This document shows positions 20,260 through 29,783 of a DNA stretch of 64,000 nt, in pieces. The notes under the pieces are model-generated. The model did not search any database and was not told the origin of the DNA. It saw only the letters and a program-made list of their open reading frames with translations. A program made the position numbers and the translations under genes. The stretch comes from Fimbriimonadia bacterium. GTDB taxonomy: Bacteria; Armatimonadota; Fimbriimonadia; Fimbriimonadales; JABRVX01. How positions within the stretch are numbered: the stretch's first letter is position 1; the number at the start of each line of letters is the position of its first letter. Where the stretch lies: assembly GCA_041483895.1 (NCBI GenBank), contig JBGPGO010000005.1:128001-192000 (forward strand), read 5' to 3'.

Positions 20260-20300
20260 ATCTACTAGTCCACCCTTCCTTGATCTATACTCCCATCCTG

Positions 20301-20870
20301 ATGGGAGAGACCGAATCACCGCGCCGGCGGTCCAAATGCTGCGTTTGGGTTTTCCTTACGCCGTTCATATTGATCGGCGTCGGCCTGATCTTCCTATACT
20401 TTTACGCCGGCTTCCCGCCGAAGCAGGTCTGGCTGTACCTGTTCAACCCGAAGCGGGATCTGCATGTCGGGAGCTGCCTCGACAACTTGCGCGAAATGCA
20501 AAAGGCTCTTTCCGCATACGTTGTGAGTAATGACCGGTATCCTCCTGCGGATCGGTGGATGGACGAAGTGATCCAGTACAACTCCCCGGATGACGTGACC
20601 CGCAAAGAGAACTGGAAGCGATTCCGGTGCCCCACCTCCACCGGCGAGGACGAATACGGCTATGCGATGAACGCCGAGCTTTCCGGCGCGTTGCGGCCGC
20701 TGGAAAAGGACAAAGCGGAGTGGGCTCGCGCGGAGAAGACCCCCTTCATCTTCGATTCTTCGGACACATCCCGCAATGCTCACGGGTCCCTGTCGCTGTT
20801 GCCGAAGCCAGGCCGGCACGACGGTAAGAATAACATGCTGTATGCCGATGGACACGCAGCGTCTGAGTAG
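20301..20870 (+). CDS. H-X9-DG C-terminal domain protein with N-terminal TM anchor
   Basis: CLDNLREM, FRCP, YGYAMN, RH-DGKNNMLYA-DGH. Confidence 0.8.
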   Translation: MGETESPRRRSKCCVWVFLTPFILIGVGLIFLYFYAGFPPKQVWLYLFNPKRDLHVGSCLDNLREMQKALSAYVVSNDRYPPADRWMDEVIQYNSPDDVTRKENWKRFRCPTSTGEDEYGYAMNAELSGALRPLEKDKAEWARAEKTPFIFDSSDTSRNAHGSLSLLPKPGRHDGKNNMLYADGHAASE

Positions 20871-22371
20871 CGATCTGGCTGCGATTGTCGGCGACGAGGG
20901 TGTGATCTCTCGCGCTGACCAGCTTGTAATGTACGATTGCGACGCGTATACAATCGAGAAGGCGCTTCCCACCGTCGTCGTGCTGCCCACCTCTACCGAC
21001 CACGTATCCGCCATCTGTCGTCTGGCACATCGTGCTGGGCTGCCGGTGATTCCACGGGGCGCCGGGACCGGGCTTTCCGGCGGCGCGTTGGCGGTCGAAG
21101 GCGGGATTATCATCTCTTTGACCCGCATGAACCGCATTTTGGAGATTGATATCCCGAACCGTTTCGTCCGCGCCCAGACGGGGGTGGTCAACGCCAGCAT
21201 TACGAAGGCGGTGAGATCCACAAGCCCTCCCCTTTTTTCCAGCGACTCCGGCAACAACCCGACGATGTCCAAACTCTCTGAGCCGGAAAAAGGGGGAGGG
21301 TTGGGTGGGGGTTCTTCGGATTTCTTCTTCGCCCCGGACCCCTCTTCGCAAGGCGCATGTACCATCGGCGGCAACATTGCCGAAAACTCCGGAGGGCCGC
21401 ACACGCTGCGCTACGGTGTGACAGCCAACCACGTCACGGGACTGACATTGGTTCTCCCCGATGGTACGGTGGAGGAACTGGGCGGGCCGGAGAGGGAGCC
21501 GTTCGGCTACGACCTGGTCGGCATCGTGGTCGGCAGCGAGGGCACGTTTGGGATCGTGACCGAGGCGACCTGCCGAATCTTGCGAAAGCCGGAGGCGGTG
21601 GTTACACTGCTGGCCTCTTTCCCTTCCGTGGAATCGGCGACGCAGGCCGTGACCGCTGTGATTGCCGAGGGATTGCAACCCGCCGCGCTAGAGATGATGG
21701 ACCGTCCCGTGCTGGAGGCCGTCGAGATGGCATTTGGGTACGGTCTGGCGCGCGGAGCGGAGGCGGCGCTCATCGTCGAGTTCGAAGGCTGCGCGCCATT
21801 TGTCCAAGAGGCCTCTCAGCAGGGCGATGCCATCTGTCGAGCGGAGGGGGCCTTCGCGGTCCTGTCCGCGACGGAGGACCTGGAACGGGCGAAGTTGTGG
21901 GCGGCGCGGAAGAAGGCGATCGGGGCGTTGGGTCACATCACGCCGAGCGTGGTGACCCACGACGGCGTAATCCCCCGGTCCAAACTGCCTTCGGTCCTGG
22001 CGCAGTGCGCCGATATCGCGCGTCGGCATGGGCTGCGAAATGCCAACGTTTTTCATGCGGGCGATGGGAATCTGCATCCGGTGCTGATGTTCGACGACAC
22101 CGATCCCGAACAGGTGCGAGCAGTGGTGGCGGCGGGGGAGGAGATTCTGAATACCTGCCTCGCCGCGGGGGGAAGCCTGACGGGCGAACACGGCATCGGT
22201 ATCGAGAAAGCAACGATGTTGGACCGGATGTTCGATGCGGACACGATTGACTGCATGCGCCGCCTGAAGACTGTATTCAATCCGGACGGGCGCTGCAATC
22301 CGGGCAAGATATTCCCCGATTCAAAGCATTGCTATGAAATGAAGCCTCGGCGGGGTCCGATCGGGGTTTGA
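20848..22371 (+). CDS. glcD: FAD-linked oxidase, glycolate oxidase subunit GlcD-like, with in-frame repeat insertion
   Basis: RGAGTGLSGG, APDPSSQ, GSEGTFG, HAGDGNLHP, GEHGIG, NPGK. Confidence 0.88.
   Translation: MDTQRLSSDLAAIVGDEGVISRADQLVMYDCDAYTIEKALPTVVVLPTSTDHVSAICRLAHRAGLPVIPRGAGTGLSGGALAVEGGIIISLTRMNRILEIDIPNRFVRAQTGVVNASITKAVRSTSPPLFSSDSGNNPTMSKLSEPEKGGGLGGGSSDFFFAPDPSSQGACTIGGNIAENSGGPHTLRYGVTANHVTGLTLVLPDGTVEELGGPEREPFGYDLVGIVVGSEGTFGIVTEATCRILRKPEAVVTLLASFPSVESATQAVTAVIAEGLQPAALEMMDRPVLEAVEMAFGYGLARGAEAALIVEFEGCAPFVQEASQQGDAICRAEGAFAVLSATEDLERAKLWAARKKAIGALGHITPSVVTHDGVIPRSKLPSVLAQCADIARRHGLRNANVFHAGDGNLHPVLMFDDTDPEQVRAVVAAGEEILNTCLAAGGSLTGEHGIGIEKATMLDRMFDADTIDCMRRLKTVFNPDGRCNPGKIFPDSKHCYEMKPRRGPIGV
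21221..21314 (-). repeat. REP-like palindromic element inside glcD
   Basis: ccctccccttttttccagc (21225-21243) pairs with gccggaaaaagggggaggg (21282-21300), followed by ttgggtggggg. Confidence 0.8.
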
Positions 22372-22387
22372 GGAAAGCGGCAACCTT

Positions 22388-22420
22388 GGTGGCGGAGACG
22401 AGACGATCATCTTCGCCACC
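22388..22420. terminator. Hairpin between convergent genes
   Basis: ggtggcggaga-N11-tcttcgccacc. Confidence 0.55.
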
Positions 22421-22443
22421 GATTGCCTACACCAATTGCGACG

Positions 22444-22905
22444 TTAGGCTCCGACGAGGCCGTAGTTCATGAACATCAGATTGATATCCTTGAGGTCTAC
22501 GACACCGTTTCCGGTCACGTCCGCGTCGTTCGCTCCGGCCTCACCAAAATTGATAAATACGGTATTGATGTCCTTGAGCGTAATTGCGTTGTCGTGGTCT
22601 GCATCCCCGTTGCAAACGAACATCACATCCACCTCTGTGATGACTTCGATGTTGATGTTCTCTTCGCGCACGGATAGCCATTGCGGCGCTTTGGCAACGA
22701 CCGTCGTTGGGCCCATAGTGTTCGTTACCACAATGTACATGCTATTTTCGTCCAAGGTCCCGACGACCGTTTCGACCAGAGTATTATTCTGGTACAGATC
22801 CAGCGTCACCGGGATTCCGGTCACGTTGCCGACGTAGTCGGGAAGGTCGACCATTCCCATGATGCAACCACCGAACATTGAAGAAGCAACTAGTAGGCTA
22901 AGCAT
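22444..22905 (-). CDS. Small secreted protein with C-terminal dockerin-like (double EF-hand) module
   Basis: NGDADHDNAITLKD...ADVTGNGVVDLKD..FMNYG. Confidence 0.8.
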   Translation of the reverse strand: MLSLLVASSMFGGCIMGMVDLPDYVGNVTGIPVTLDLYQNNTLVETVVGTLDENSMYIVVTNTMGPTTVVAKAPQWLSVREENINIEVITEVDVMFVCNGDADHDNAITLKDINTVFINFGEAGANDADVTGNGVVDLKDINLMFMNYGLVGA

Positions 22906-23141
22906 TGCGTTTTGGCTCCCTTCTGGCTCGAGTCTTGAACCCCGCCCACCCCCTTGGGGGCAAGCGGAATAGGTCATTATATCACAGCATACGTACTTAT
23001 GGAGCCGGTCGGGCTATCATTTTTGTGCCGATCCAAACGGGCGGGCTTATTCTTCGACCGTGGCGGTTCTGCGCGTGGCGTTGCAATTCCAAGGCAGGTC
23101 GATTATAATAACTTCCGTAAGCTAGGTTGCGAGGTGGGGAC

Positions 23142-26060
23142 ATGAGGATTGCAAAGAGCGCCATTTGTTTGTCAATCGGGCTGAGTTGCCTTCTTGCTTT
23201 CGGGCAGAGTGGAACTCCGACCTACACGAGGGTATCCGCCGCCAACAGCGGCAAGCCAGCGAATGCTTCTTGCGTTTATGGACTGCCAAGCGGGGACGGA
23301 TCTGCGGTGGCATTTGCTTCGTATGCCACAAATCTGCTTCCAGGAGACTACTCAAACACGTCCGACATTTTTCTCTACAATCGATCTCTGCCGAGACTTC
23401 GCCTTGGCGCTGGATTTGCGCGCGATTATTATCCATCCATGGGATCGGCATCTCCCTCATTGAGCTTTGACGGTCAGCGACTCGCCTTCGTCGCATACGA
23501 TATCGCTGTATCGACGTTACAGGCTTACGTAAGAGATTTGCCAAGCGAACAGATCATAAATATCTCAGTGAACAATTCAGGAACGTTTGGAAACTCTTCC
23601 GCGCAGGTTCCTTCGATCAGCTCTTCGGGCAACTTTGTTGCCTTCATCAGCCAATCAACGAACTTGACGCCGAACGATACGGACTCAAGTCCGGATGTTT
23701 ATTTACGCGACATAAATACTGGCACGACGGAGCTAATTTCCATAAGCACGTCAGGGGCCAACGCAAAATCGACTTGCCGAAACTGTTCCATAAACGCCGA
23801 TGGAAGGTTTGTTTCCTTTGAGTCGAATTCAAAATTCTTGGATCCGCGTGTTACGACGACAACCTATACACATCTTTATGTTCGGGATCGATTGCTGGGC
23901 ACGACGACGCTGGTTGACAATGCTATGAATGGCAATCCTTCTGCCGTGGGTGTAAACGGATCCTACATTTCGGGAGACGGAAATTGGATCGGCTTCACTT
24001 CCACTTCCTCGAATTTTCTTCCGGGAGACACGAACGGAAAGTCGGATGGCTATCTCTTGAGCCTTGTTACTGGCAAGTATTACCGGGCTTCGATCACAAC
24101 TGACGGGAGCGAGTCGAACGGCTCGTCGCTCGTATGCGGCTTGAGTTCGGATGGTTCAAAGGTTGCTGTTTTGAGCAACGCCGACAATATCGTCCCGAAC
24201 GACGGCAATGCCGATTATGACTGCTTTATCTATGACCGGGTTTCGAATTCAATCCGGTGCATCTCCCTTACCGACGATGGGCAGACGGGTGAGGCGGAGA
24301 GCGGATACTATGGATTTAATATTAGCGCCGACGGCAATACGGCAGTTATCACAACTTCGGCAAATAATTTGGTATCAAACGATTTGAATCCGTATAAGGA
24401 TGTCATCGTTGTTGATTTGGTGCAGAATACGAAGGCGTTGATTTCGCTTTCGGGAGATGGCATACCAGCAGATACGTCGGTATACGGCGCTCTCCATACG
24501 CCAGATTGTCGATATTCAGTTTATACGACAAATGCCACAAATCTAGACGGCAATAGCGACGGCACTTATGGGCTTTACCTCTTTGATGAGGAAACGAGAA
24601 GAGTCGAACTTCTCAGCTACGCAAATGACGGTCATTCCGTGCATTCACCGTCTCCTCAAATACTCTGTGGCATGTCGGCGGATGCGCGCTATGTTGCGTT
24701 CGAATCTTCGTTACCCGACTACGTAGACAACGACACTAATGGTTTCGGTGACACTTTTGTACGCGACCGCAAGCTCGGGACAACGACATTGGCAACCCTG
24801 TCATATGATGGCAAACAATTGAACAGCCCAGCATATGGAGTACTCACTGCAAATGGCAAGGAGATGTTTTTCACGACCGCGGCAACCAACGTGGTTCCTT
24901 CAGGCCAGGATAGCGGCAGCCAAGTGTACGTCCGAAATCTGGAAACCGGCACCGTCGATTCATTAGTTTGGGAGTACACCGGAGGAAAAATCAAGAAGCC
25001 CTTGACAACGGCCGTCCTATTTTCCCCGGATGGAAGATTCGTAGAATTTGTCTCGGACGATGACTTGATCGTTCCAGGGGACACAAACGGGAGGTCCGAT
25101 GGGTTCTTGCTGGACCGGGCGACCGGATCGGTGATTCGAGTGTCGACAATGCCAGACGGATCCGATATGCCGGCGCCAATTGGCGTGCCACTTACGCTCG
25201 ACGGACGATTTGCATGGTTCACAACGAGCGTTGGATTTGATCCCGTCGATACAAATGGGCTTCAGGACACATACTTGAAAGACCTGTCGTCAGGAGAGAT
25301 TCGCCTTGTGACGACGAATGCCAGCGGACAAGTTGGGGAAAAAGCCGCCTATGCGGATATTGATCTGCTGAGTCGCTTCGCAGCCATTACAACGGCTTCG
25401 AAGAACTACCGCGGCCAGTCATCTTCGGGGATCAATGTAGTCTACTTCAAGGACCTATTATCAGGAGAACTGACAACCGTAAGCGCGACCAGTTCCGGGA
25501 AGCCCGAAGACGGCGACGCGGCGGGAATAAGTGTCGACGGTTCTCGAATCTATTTCCGATCGATGGGATCTGGGATCATTCCCGGAGATTTCAGTTCCCA
25601 CACTCAATTGTATGTATGGGACCGTGGCGTTCGAAGGACCAGATTGACATTGCGGGTAAATTTCAACGATTGGGCTGGCTTGCAACCCGTGGATGGAGTC
25701 GCGGCACGTACTAAGTGGAACGGCTACTATTATGGTCTTGCATATTTGAAATACAAGGACGGCGCGTTTGTCGGCAATGTACCGCGGGGAGATTTAGAGA
25801 TCTTTGTCTCGCACGACCATTGGCTGACCCAGTCGATCCATGTCGACACGACCGGCCAAGACACGGCGGAGGTCAGCGTGGCGTTGCCGAACGGGGATGT
25901 CGATGCCGACAATCGCGTCGATCTTCGCGACCTCAATGGCGTCTTCCTCAGCTGGGACACCGACGACGCCACGGCCGATCGGGACGGCGATGGCCTGGTC
26001 GGGTTGACGGATTTGAGCATTGTCTTCGGCAACTTTGGCCTGATCGGCAGCGAGTGGTAG
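23142..26060 (+). CDS. Large secreted TolB/PD40-like beta-propeller repeat protein with C-terminal dockerin-like module
   Basis: Signal peptide; many SxDGRxVAFxS..NL..GDTN..DxF repeats; NGDVDADNRVDLRD..ADRDGDGLVGLTD..FGNFG. Confidence 0.88.
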   Translation: MRIAKSAICLSIGLSCLLAFGQSGTPTYTRVSAANSGKPANASCVYGLPSGDGSAVAFASYATNLLPGDYSNTSDIFLYNRSLPRLRLGAGFARDYYPSMGSASPSLSFDGQRLAFVAYDIAVSTLQAYVRDLPSEQIINISVNNSGTFGNSSAQVPSISSSGNFVAFISQSTNLTPNDTDSSPDVYLRDINTGTTELISISTSGANAKSTCRNCSINADGRFVSFESNSKFLDPRVTTTTYTHLYVRDRLLGTTTLVDNAMNGNPSAVGVNGSYISGDGNWIGFTSTSSNFLPGDTNGKSDGYLLSLVTGKYYRASITTDGSESNGSSLVCGLSSDGSKVAVLSNADNIVPNDGNADYDCFIYDRVSNSIRCISLTDDGQTGEAESGYYGFNISADGNTAVITTSANNLVSNDLNPYKDVIVVDLVQNTKALISLSGDGIPADTSVYGALHTPDCRYSVYTTNATNLDGNSDGTYGLYLFDEETRRVELLSYANDGHSVHSPSPQILCGMSADARYVAFESSLPDYVDNDTNGFGDTFVRDRKLGTTTLATLSYDGKQLNSPAYGVLTANGKEMFFTTAATNVVPSGQDSGSQVYVRNLETGTVDSLVWEYTGGKIKKPLTTAVLFSPDGRFVEFVSDDDLIVPGDTNGRSDGFLLDRATGSVIRVSTMPDGSDMPAPIGVPLTLDGRFAWFTTSVGFDPVDTNGLQDTYLKDLSSGEIRLVTTNASGQVGEKAAYADIDLLSRFAAITTASKNYRGQSSSGINVVYFKDLLSGELTTVSATSSGKPEDGDAAGISVDGSRIYFRSMGSGIIPGDFSSHTQLYVWDRGVRRTRLTLRVNFNDWAGLQPVDGVAARTKWNGYYYGLAYLKYKDGAFVGNVPRGDLEIFVSHDHWLTQSIHVDTTGQDTAEVSVALPNGDVDADNRVDLRDLNGVFLSWDTDDATADRDGDGLVGLTDLSIVFGNFGLIGSEW

Positions 26061-26203
26061 CCACCTTCCCGCCGCGGGCCTTGGGGTGGTCGGTCATAGG
26101 CGGGATTCGCCAGCCGGACCTGCGGCTACAGGGGACTTTCTTGCCTGTTTTTCCGGCATTCTTGACCGATTTTCTCCATAGGAAATGATGTATGATGAAA
26201 GAG

Positions 26204-26449
26204 ATGGCAAAGGTTCTAGAAGAAAAACTGACCGCTCCGCTGACGGTTACGGCGTGCTATAAGGCCGTCGATGGATGGTTTGCGGCTTGGGTTGAAGAGA
26301 TTCCCGGGGTGAATTCCCAAGGTCGAACGCTTGATGAAGCTCGAACGATGTTGGCGGACGCCCTTGCAATGATGGTTGCAGAATACCGGGCTGATACCCA
26401 GGCCGAGTTTGGTACCGGCGAGGTCCGCGAAACTTTGACGTTGGGCTAA
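26204..26449 (+). CDS. hicB: HicB-family antitoxin (short, no DNA-binding domain)
   Basis: GWFAAWVEEIPGVNSQGRTLDEARTMLADAL; start 26192 or 26204. Confidence 0.88.
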   Translation: MAKVLEEKLTAPLTVTACYKAVDGWFAAWVEEIPGVNSQGRTLDEARTMLADALAMMVAEYRADTQAEFGTGEVRETLTLG

Positions 26450-26643
26450 CTGCGACTTTCCGGTTCGGGAATTCCGAGATCGCGGCAGATTTTCTTCACC
26501 GTTAACCAGTTCACTTCTTTGTGTCGAGGGACCGAGGACTTACGGCCGGTCCGCTTATTGACACATATCTCATGTCCCCCACCCTCACGCAAATGCTCGC
26601 ATTCGTTTTTTCGCAAGTGTCTCTCCAATTCCGATCTCTTCAC
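26446..26643 (-). CDS. hicA: HicA-family toxin (mRNA interferase)
   Basis: MKRSELERHLR..LREGGGHE..VPRHKEV..KKICRDLGI. Confidence 0.9.
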   Translation of the reverse strand: MKRSELERHLRKNECEHLREGGGHEICVNKRTGRKSSVPRHKEVNWLTVKKICRDLGIPEPESRS

Positions 26644-26652
26644 ACACGCACT

Positions 26653-28338
26653 CTATCCCAGCTTCACCGCTACCTTGACCACCCCAGCCTTTTCGTGCCG
26701 GGCCGTTAGCTTCGCGGTGCCGCCCTTGGGCGCGCGGACCGTCCACTCGATCTTCAGCCGCTCATCCGTGGTGTCCGCATTCCACAGCCCGCCGGAGCCG
26801 CCGTTGTAGCATTTCCCCTCCAATTGAGAAAGCTCCATCCGTTCTTTCCCGCTCTCCAACATAGCCCCCGGCGGCAGCTTGATCTCCGCGACGATGGGCC
26901 GCACGATCTTCCCAGAAACCGCCTTCTTGGAAATGTACGTCGGCAACCATCCGGTGTTTTCGATATACATCCGCACCACATAAGACCCCCGGCCCAACGG
27001 CTCCGCCTCCGCCTTGATCAGCTCCAGCCGCGGCGCGATCTGCAGATGCCAGATCAGCCAGTCTGTAAACGGCGCGATCTCTTTCTCCAAAAGGTGCGGC
27101 GGCGGATTGCGCCATGCATAGCCGAAATCCCACCCGCCCAGCTCGATCTTCCCCAGCTGTGGATGTTTGAACTCATACCAATCGATATACCCGCGACCCT
27201 TCAGCTCCTTGTCCGCCCATTCGATCAATTTGACATCATCTTCAATCGGATGCTCGCGGAACCAATCGATGTATTTGAAATCTTTGATTCCGGCCTGTCG
27301 CTGCGGGCTCCATATCTCCACCGTCCACGCGAAAACGCCGCGATGCTCATACATCCAATCGTCAAAGACGCCCGTGATCACTTCTTTCGGGTGGTACTTG
27401 AAATCGTGGAAAACCGAGATGGCAGGGTAGCCGGTGAGCTCGGTTCCCTTCGCGCCGATTTTCTTGAATGTCCACACGTCCTCGGCTGGCAGCTCGTCGT
27501 CGGCCACGCGGCTCGGAGGGCGCAGCAGCACGCCGCTAAACGTGTGGAAGCATACCGCCCCGGTGATGTTCGGGTGCTTGCAGATGAAATCCACCTGCGC
27601 TCGGATTTCCGGTTCGGATGTGGGGTATGGGCCAGCGCCATATTGCTCGCCCTCGATGCGCCAGCCGGAGGGGTAGTTGCGGTTGAGGTCCAGTCCCTCC
27701 TTGCGCTTGGCCAGGTTGATCATCACGCCGTCATAGTTGTCCAACTTGCCCTCGGGCAGGAGGCGATAGTAGGTTCCGCCTTCTTCGCCCGGTTCGCGTG
27801 GAATGAGCAGCTTGGTGACCTCCGGATGGGATTTCCACGCGCCGTTGGGGTCTTTGATTCGCATCGAGAGCATGCGGCCGTCGCCATCGATGTCTTCATG
27901 ATGCAGGCCCTCGATCGGCTCTTCGTCGAACGGATACGGGCGGGTGCTGGAGCGGATAATCTTGGGCTTGTCGGCAAGCGCCCATTCCGCGCCGTCGGGG
28001 TTGAGGCGGGGAACGACGTAATAGGCGCGGGTGTCCAGCAGCCGCTTGATCTCCTTGCTCTTGGGGTCCTCGGTCAGAAGCTTGTTGATCAGATGGAGGC
28101 AGGCGGTGGAAGCGGAGACCTCGCTGGCGTGGATGTTGCCGTCGACCCACAAGGCGGGCTTTTCCTCGGCGGCGCCGGTTCGGAAGCGGGTGATGGTGCA
28201 GAGCCAGATGTCGCGCCCTTCGAAGCTCTTCCCGATGGATTCGAGGCGAAAAATGTCCGGCCGGTCTTTGGCGAACTGTTTTAGGAACTTGGTGATGTCG
28301 GCGTAGCGATAGTATTGGTTGAATTTTATATTGGCCAT
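26653..28338 (-). CDS. M14 zinc carboxypeptidase
   Basis: IGKSFEGR, NIHASE, NPDG, DLNRNY, FHTFSG. Confidence 0.93.
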   Translation of the reverse strand: MANIKFNQYYRYADITKFLKQFAKDRPDIFRLESIGKSFEGRDIWLCTITRFRTGAAEEKPALWVDGNIHASEVSASTACLHLINKLLTEDPKSKEIKRLLDTRAYYVVPRLNPDGAEWALADKPKIIRSSTRPYPFDEEPIEGLHHEDIDGDGRMLSMRIKDPNGAWKSHPEVTKLLIPREPGEEGGTYYRLLPEGKLDNYDGVMINLAKRKEGLDLNRNYPSGWRIEGEQYGAGPYPTSEPEIRAQVDFICKHPNITGAVCFHTFSGVLLRPPSRVADDELPAEDVWTFKKIGAKGTELTGYPAISVFHDFKYHPKEVITGVFDDWMYEHRGVFAWTVEIWSPQRQAGIKDFKYIDWFREHPIEDDVKLIEWADKELKGRGYIDWYEFKHPQLGKIELGGWDFGYAWRNPPPHLLEKEIAPFTDWLIWHLQIAPRLELIKAEAEPLGRGSYVVRMYIENTGWLPTYISKKAVSGKIVRPIVAEIKLPPGAMLESGKERMELSQLEGKCYNGGSGGLWNADTTDERLKIEWTVRAPKGGTAKLTARHEKAGVVKVAVKLG

Positions 28339-28408
28339 CGGGTCTCTTCCTTGAGTTGGGGTCTTGGGAAAGCAATTCGATAACGAACGGTCTGGTCCTG
28401 CCGGACCG

Positions 28409-28633
28409 TCAAGCTGCGAATCCCGGGTGGTCTATGCGGCGAGCGGCATACGTGAGGCAAGCTTTCAGATCATCCGGCTCCAGATCCGGCAATTCCTGCA
28501 AAATCTGCTGTGAGGTCAGACCTGAGGCAAACAGGTCGAGAACGTCGGAGACACGAATCCGCATTCCTCGGATGCAGGGCCGTCCTCCGCACTGGTCAGG
28601 GTTAATCGTTATCCGACGCAACATGTCTTCCAT
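28409..28633 (-). CDS. DUF433 domain protein (orphan antitoxin-like)
   Basis: RITINPDQCGGRPCIRGMRIRVSDVL..LEPDDLKACLTYAA. Confidence 0.92.
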   Translation of the reverse strand: MEDMLRRITINPDQCGGRPCIRGMRIRVSDVLDLFASGLTSQQILQELPDLEPDDLKACLTYAARRIDHPGFAA

Positions 28634-28664
28634 TGTCGCGATTCTACCATTCCGTGCTTGACAT

Positions 28665-29783
28665 TCACGCAAATACCTCTAGATATTTCAACCCCGAACC
28701 AGTGTTGAAGAGGACCACGGTGTCCATAGGGGAGATGAACCCCGTGGCGAGGAGATTGCGGGCGGCGGCGAGGGTCGCACCACCCTCAGGGCAGGCGAAG
28801 ATCCCCGTCTTTCGCGCCATCTCTCTGGCCGCTCCAATCATTTCCTCATCTGTGACAGTGACGGCCGTTCCGCCCGAGGCACGGATCAGATCGAGCATGA
28901 TGAAATCACCGATGGCGCGGGGAACACGAAGGCCGGAGGCCGCGGTCTGTGCGTTCGGATAAGTCTCCGCGAAACGCTCGCCGTTTTGGAAAGCGGTGAC
29001 GATGGGCGCGCAGCCGGCGGCCTGCACCGACACCATTTTCGGCCGCTCGGATTCAATCCAGCCCATGCGCTCCATCTCGTCGAACGCCTTCCACATGCCC
29101 ACCAATCCGGTCCCGCCGCCGGTCGGATAGATGATAACGTCCGGCAATCTGCCGAGCTGCTCAAATAGCTCATACCCCATCGTCTTTTTACCTTCCACGC
29201 GATAGGGCTCCTTGAGGGTGCTCATATCAAACCAACCCTCATGATCTTTGCGTTTCGCGATTTCCGCGGCGCAATCCGTGATGAGGCCGTCGATAAGAGT
29301 TACATGGGCACCGTACACTTGGCATTCGATGACACATGCGCGCGGCGTGTCGGCAGGCATAAAGACGTGCGCCTCCAACCCTGCCTTTGCGGCATAGGCG
29401 GCGAGCGCTCCGCCTGCGTTTCCCGCGCTCGGGACCGCGAGCTTCATCGCGCCGAGATGTTTGGCCATGGAAACCGCGACGCTCATGCCGCGCGCTTTGA
29501 AACTCGCCGTCGGGTTGACGCCTTCATCTTTCACATACCACCAATCACCCAAAGCAGGTGTGTGATGCAACGGCGTAAATCCCTCGCCCAACGAGATCGG
29601 TTCGCACGGCGGCAACACTTCGCGATATCGCCATAATGATGGTGACCTGACCCCTAGATCGTGCGATTGGAGGGCGCCCGGAGTCAACTGATAGTCCACA
29701 CGCAACGGCTTGCCACATTCACAGATCGACTGCAATCGATTGGGATCATATTGATTGCCGCAGAGGAAGCAAGAGAGAGTCAT
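28665..29783 (-). CDS. thrC: Threonine synthase (PLP-dependent)
   Basis: LWRY, SLGEGFTPL, NPTASFKARG, SAGNAG, EGKKT, NTGSGLKY. Confidence 0.9.
   Translation of the reverse strand: MTLSCFLCGNQYDPNRLQSICECGKPLRVDYQLTPGALQSHDLGVRSPSLWRYREVLPPCEPISLGEGFTPLHHTPALGDWWYVKDEGVNPTASFKARGMSVAVSMAKHLGAMKLAVPSAGNAGGALAAYAAKAGLEAHVFMPADTPRACVIECQVYGAHVTLIDGLITDCAAEIAKRKDHEGWFDMSTLKEPYRVEGKKTMGYELFEQLGRLPDVIIYPTGGGTGLVGMWKAFDEMERMGWIESERPKMVSVQAAGCAPIVTAFQNGERFAETYPNAQTAASGLRVPRAIGDFIMLDLIRASGGTAVTVTDEEMIGAAREMARKTGIFACPEGGATLAAARNLLATGFISPMDTVVLFNTGSGLKYLEVFA

Noticed and set aside
26824..28284. 486-aa ORF antisense to the M14 peptidase, and similar long antisense ORFs (9775-10956, 20394-21404, 50030-50815)
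   Set aside because: Shadow ORFs expected from high-GC codon bias opposite well-supported genes
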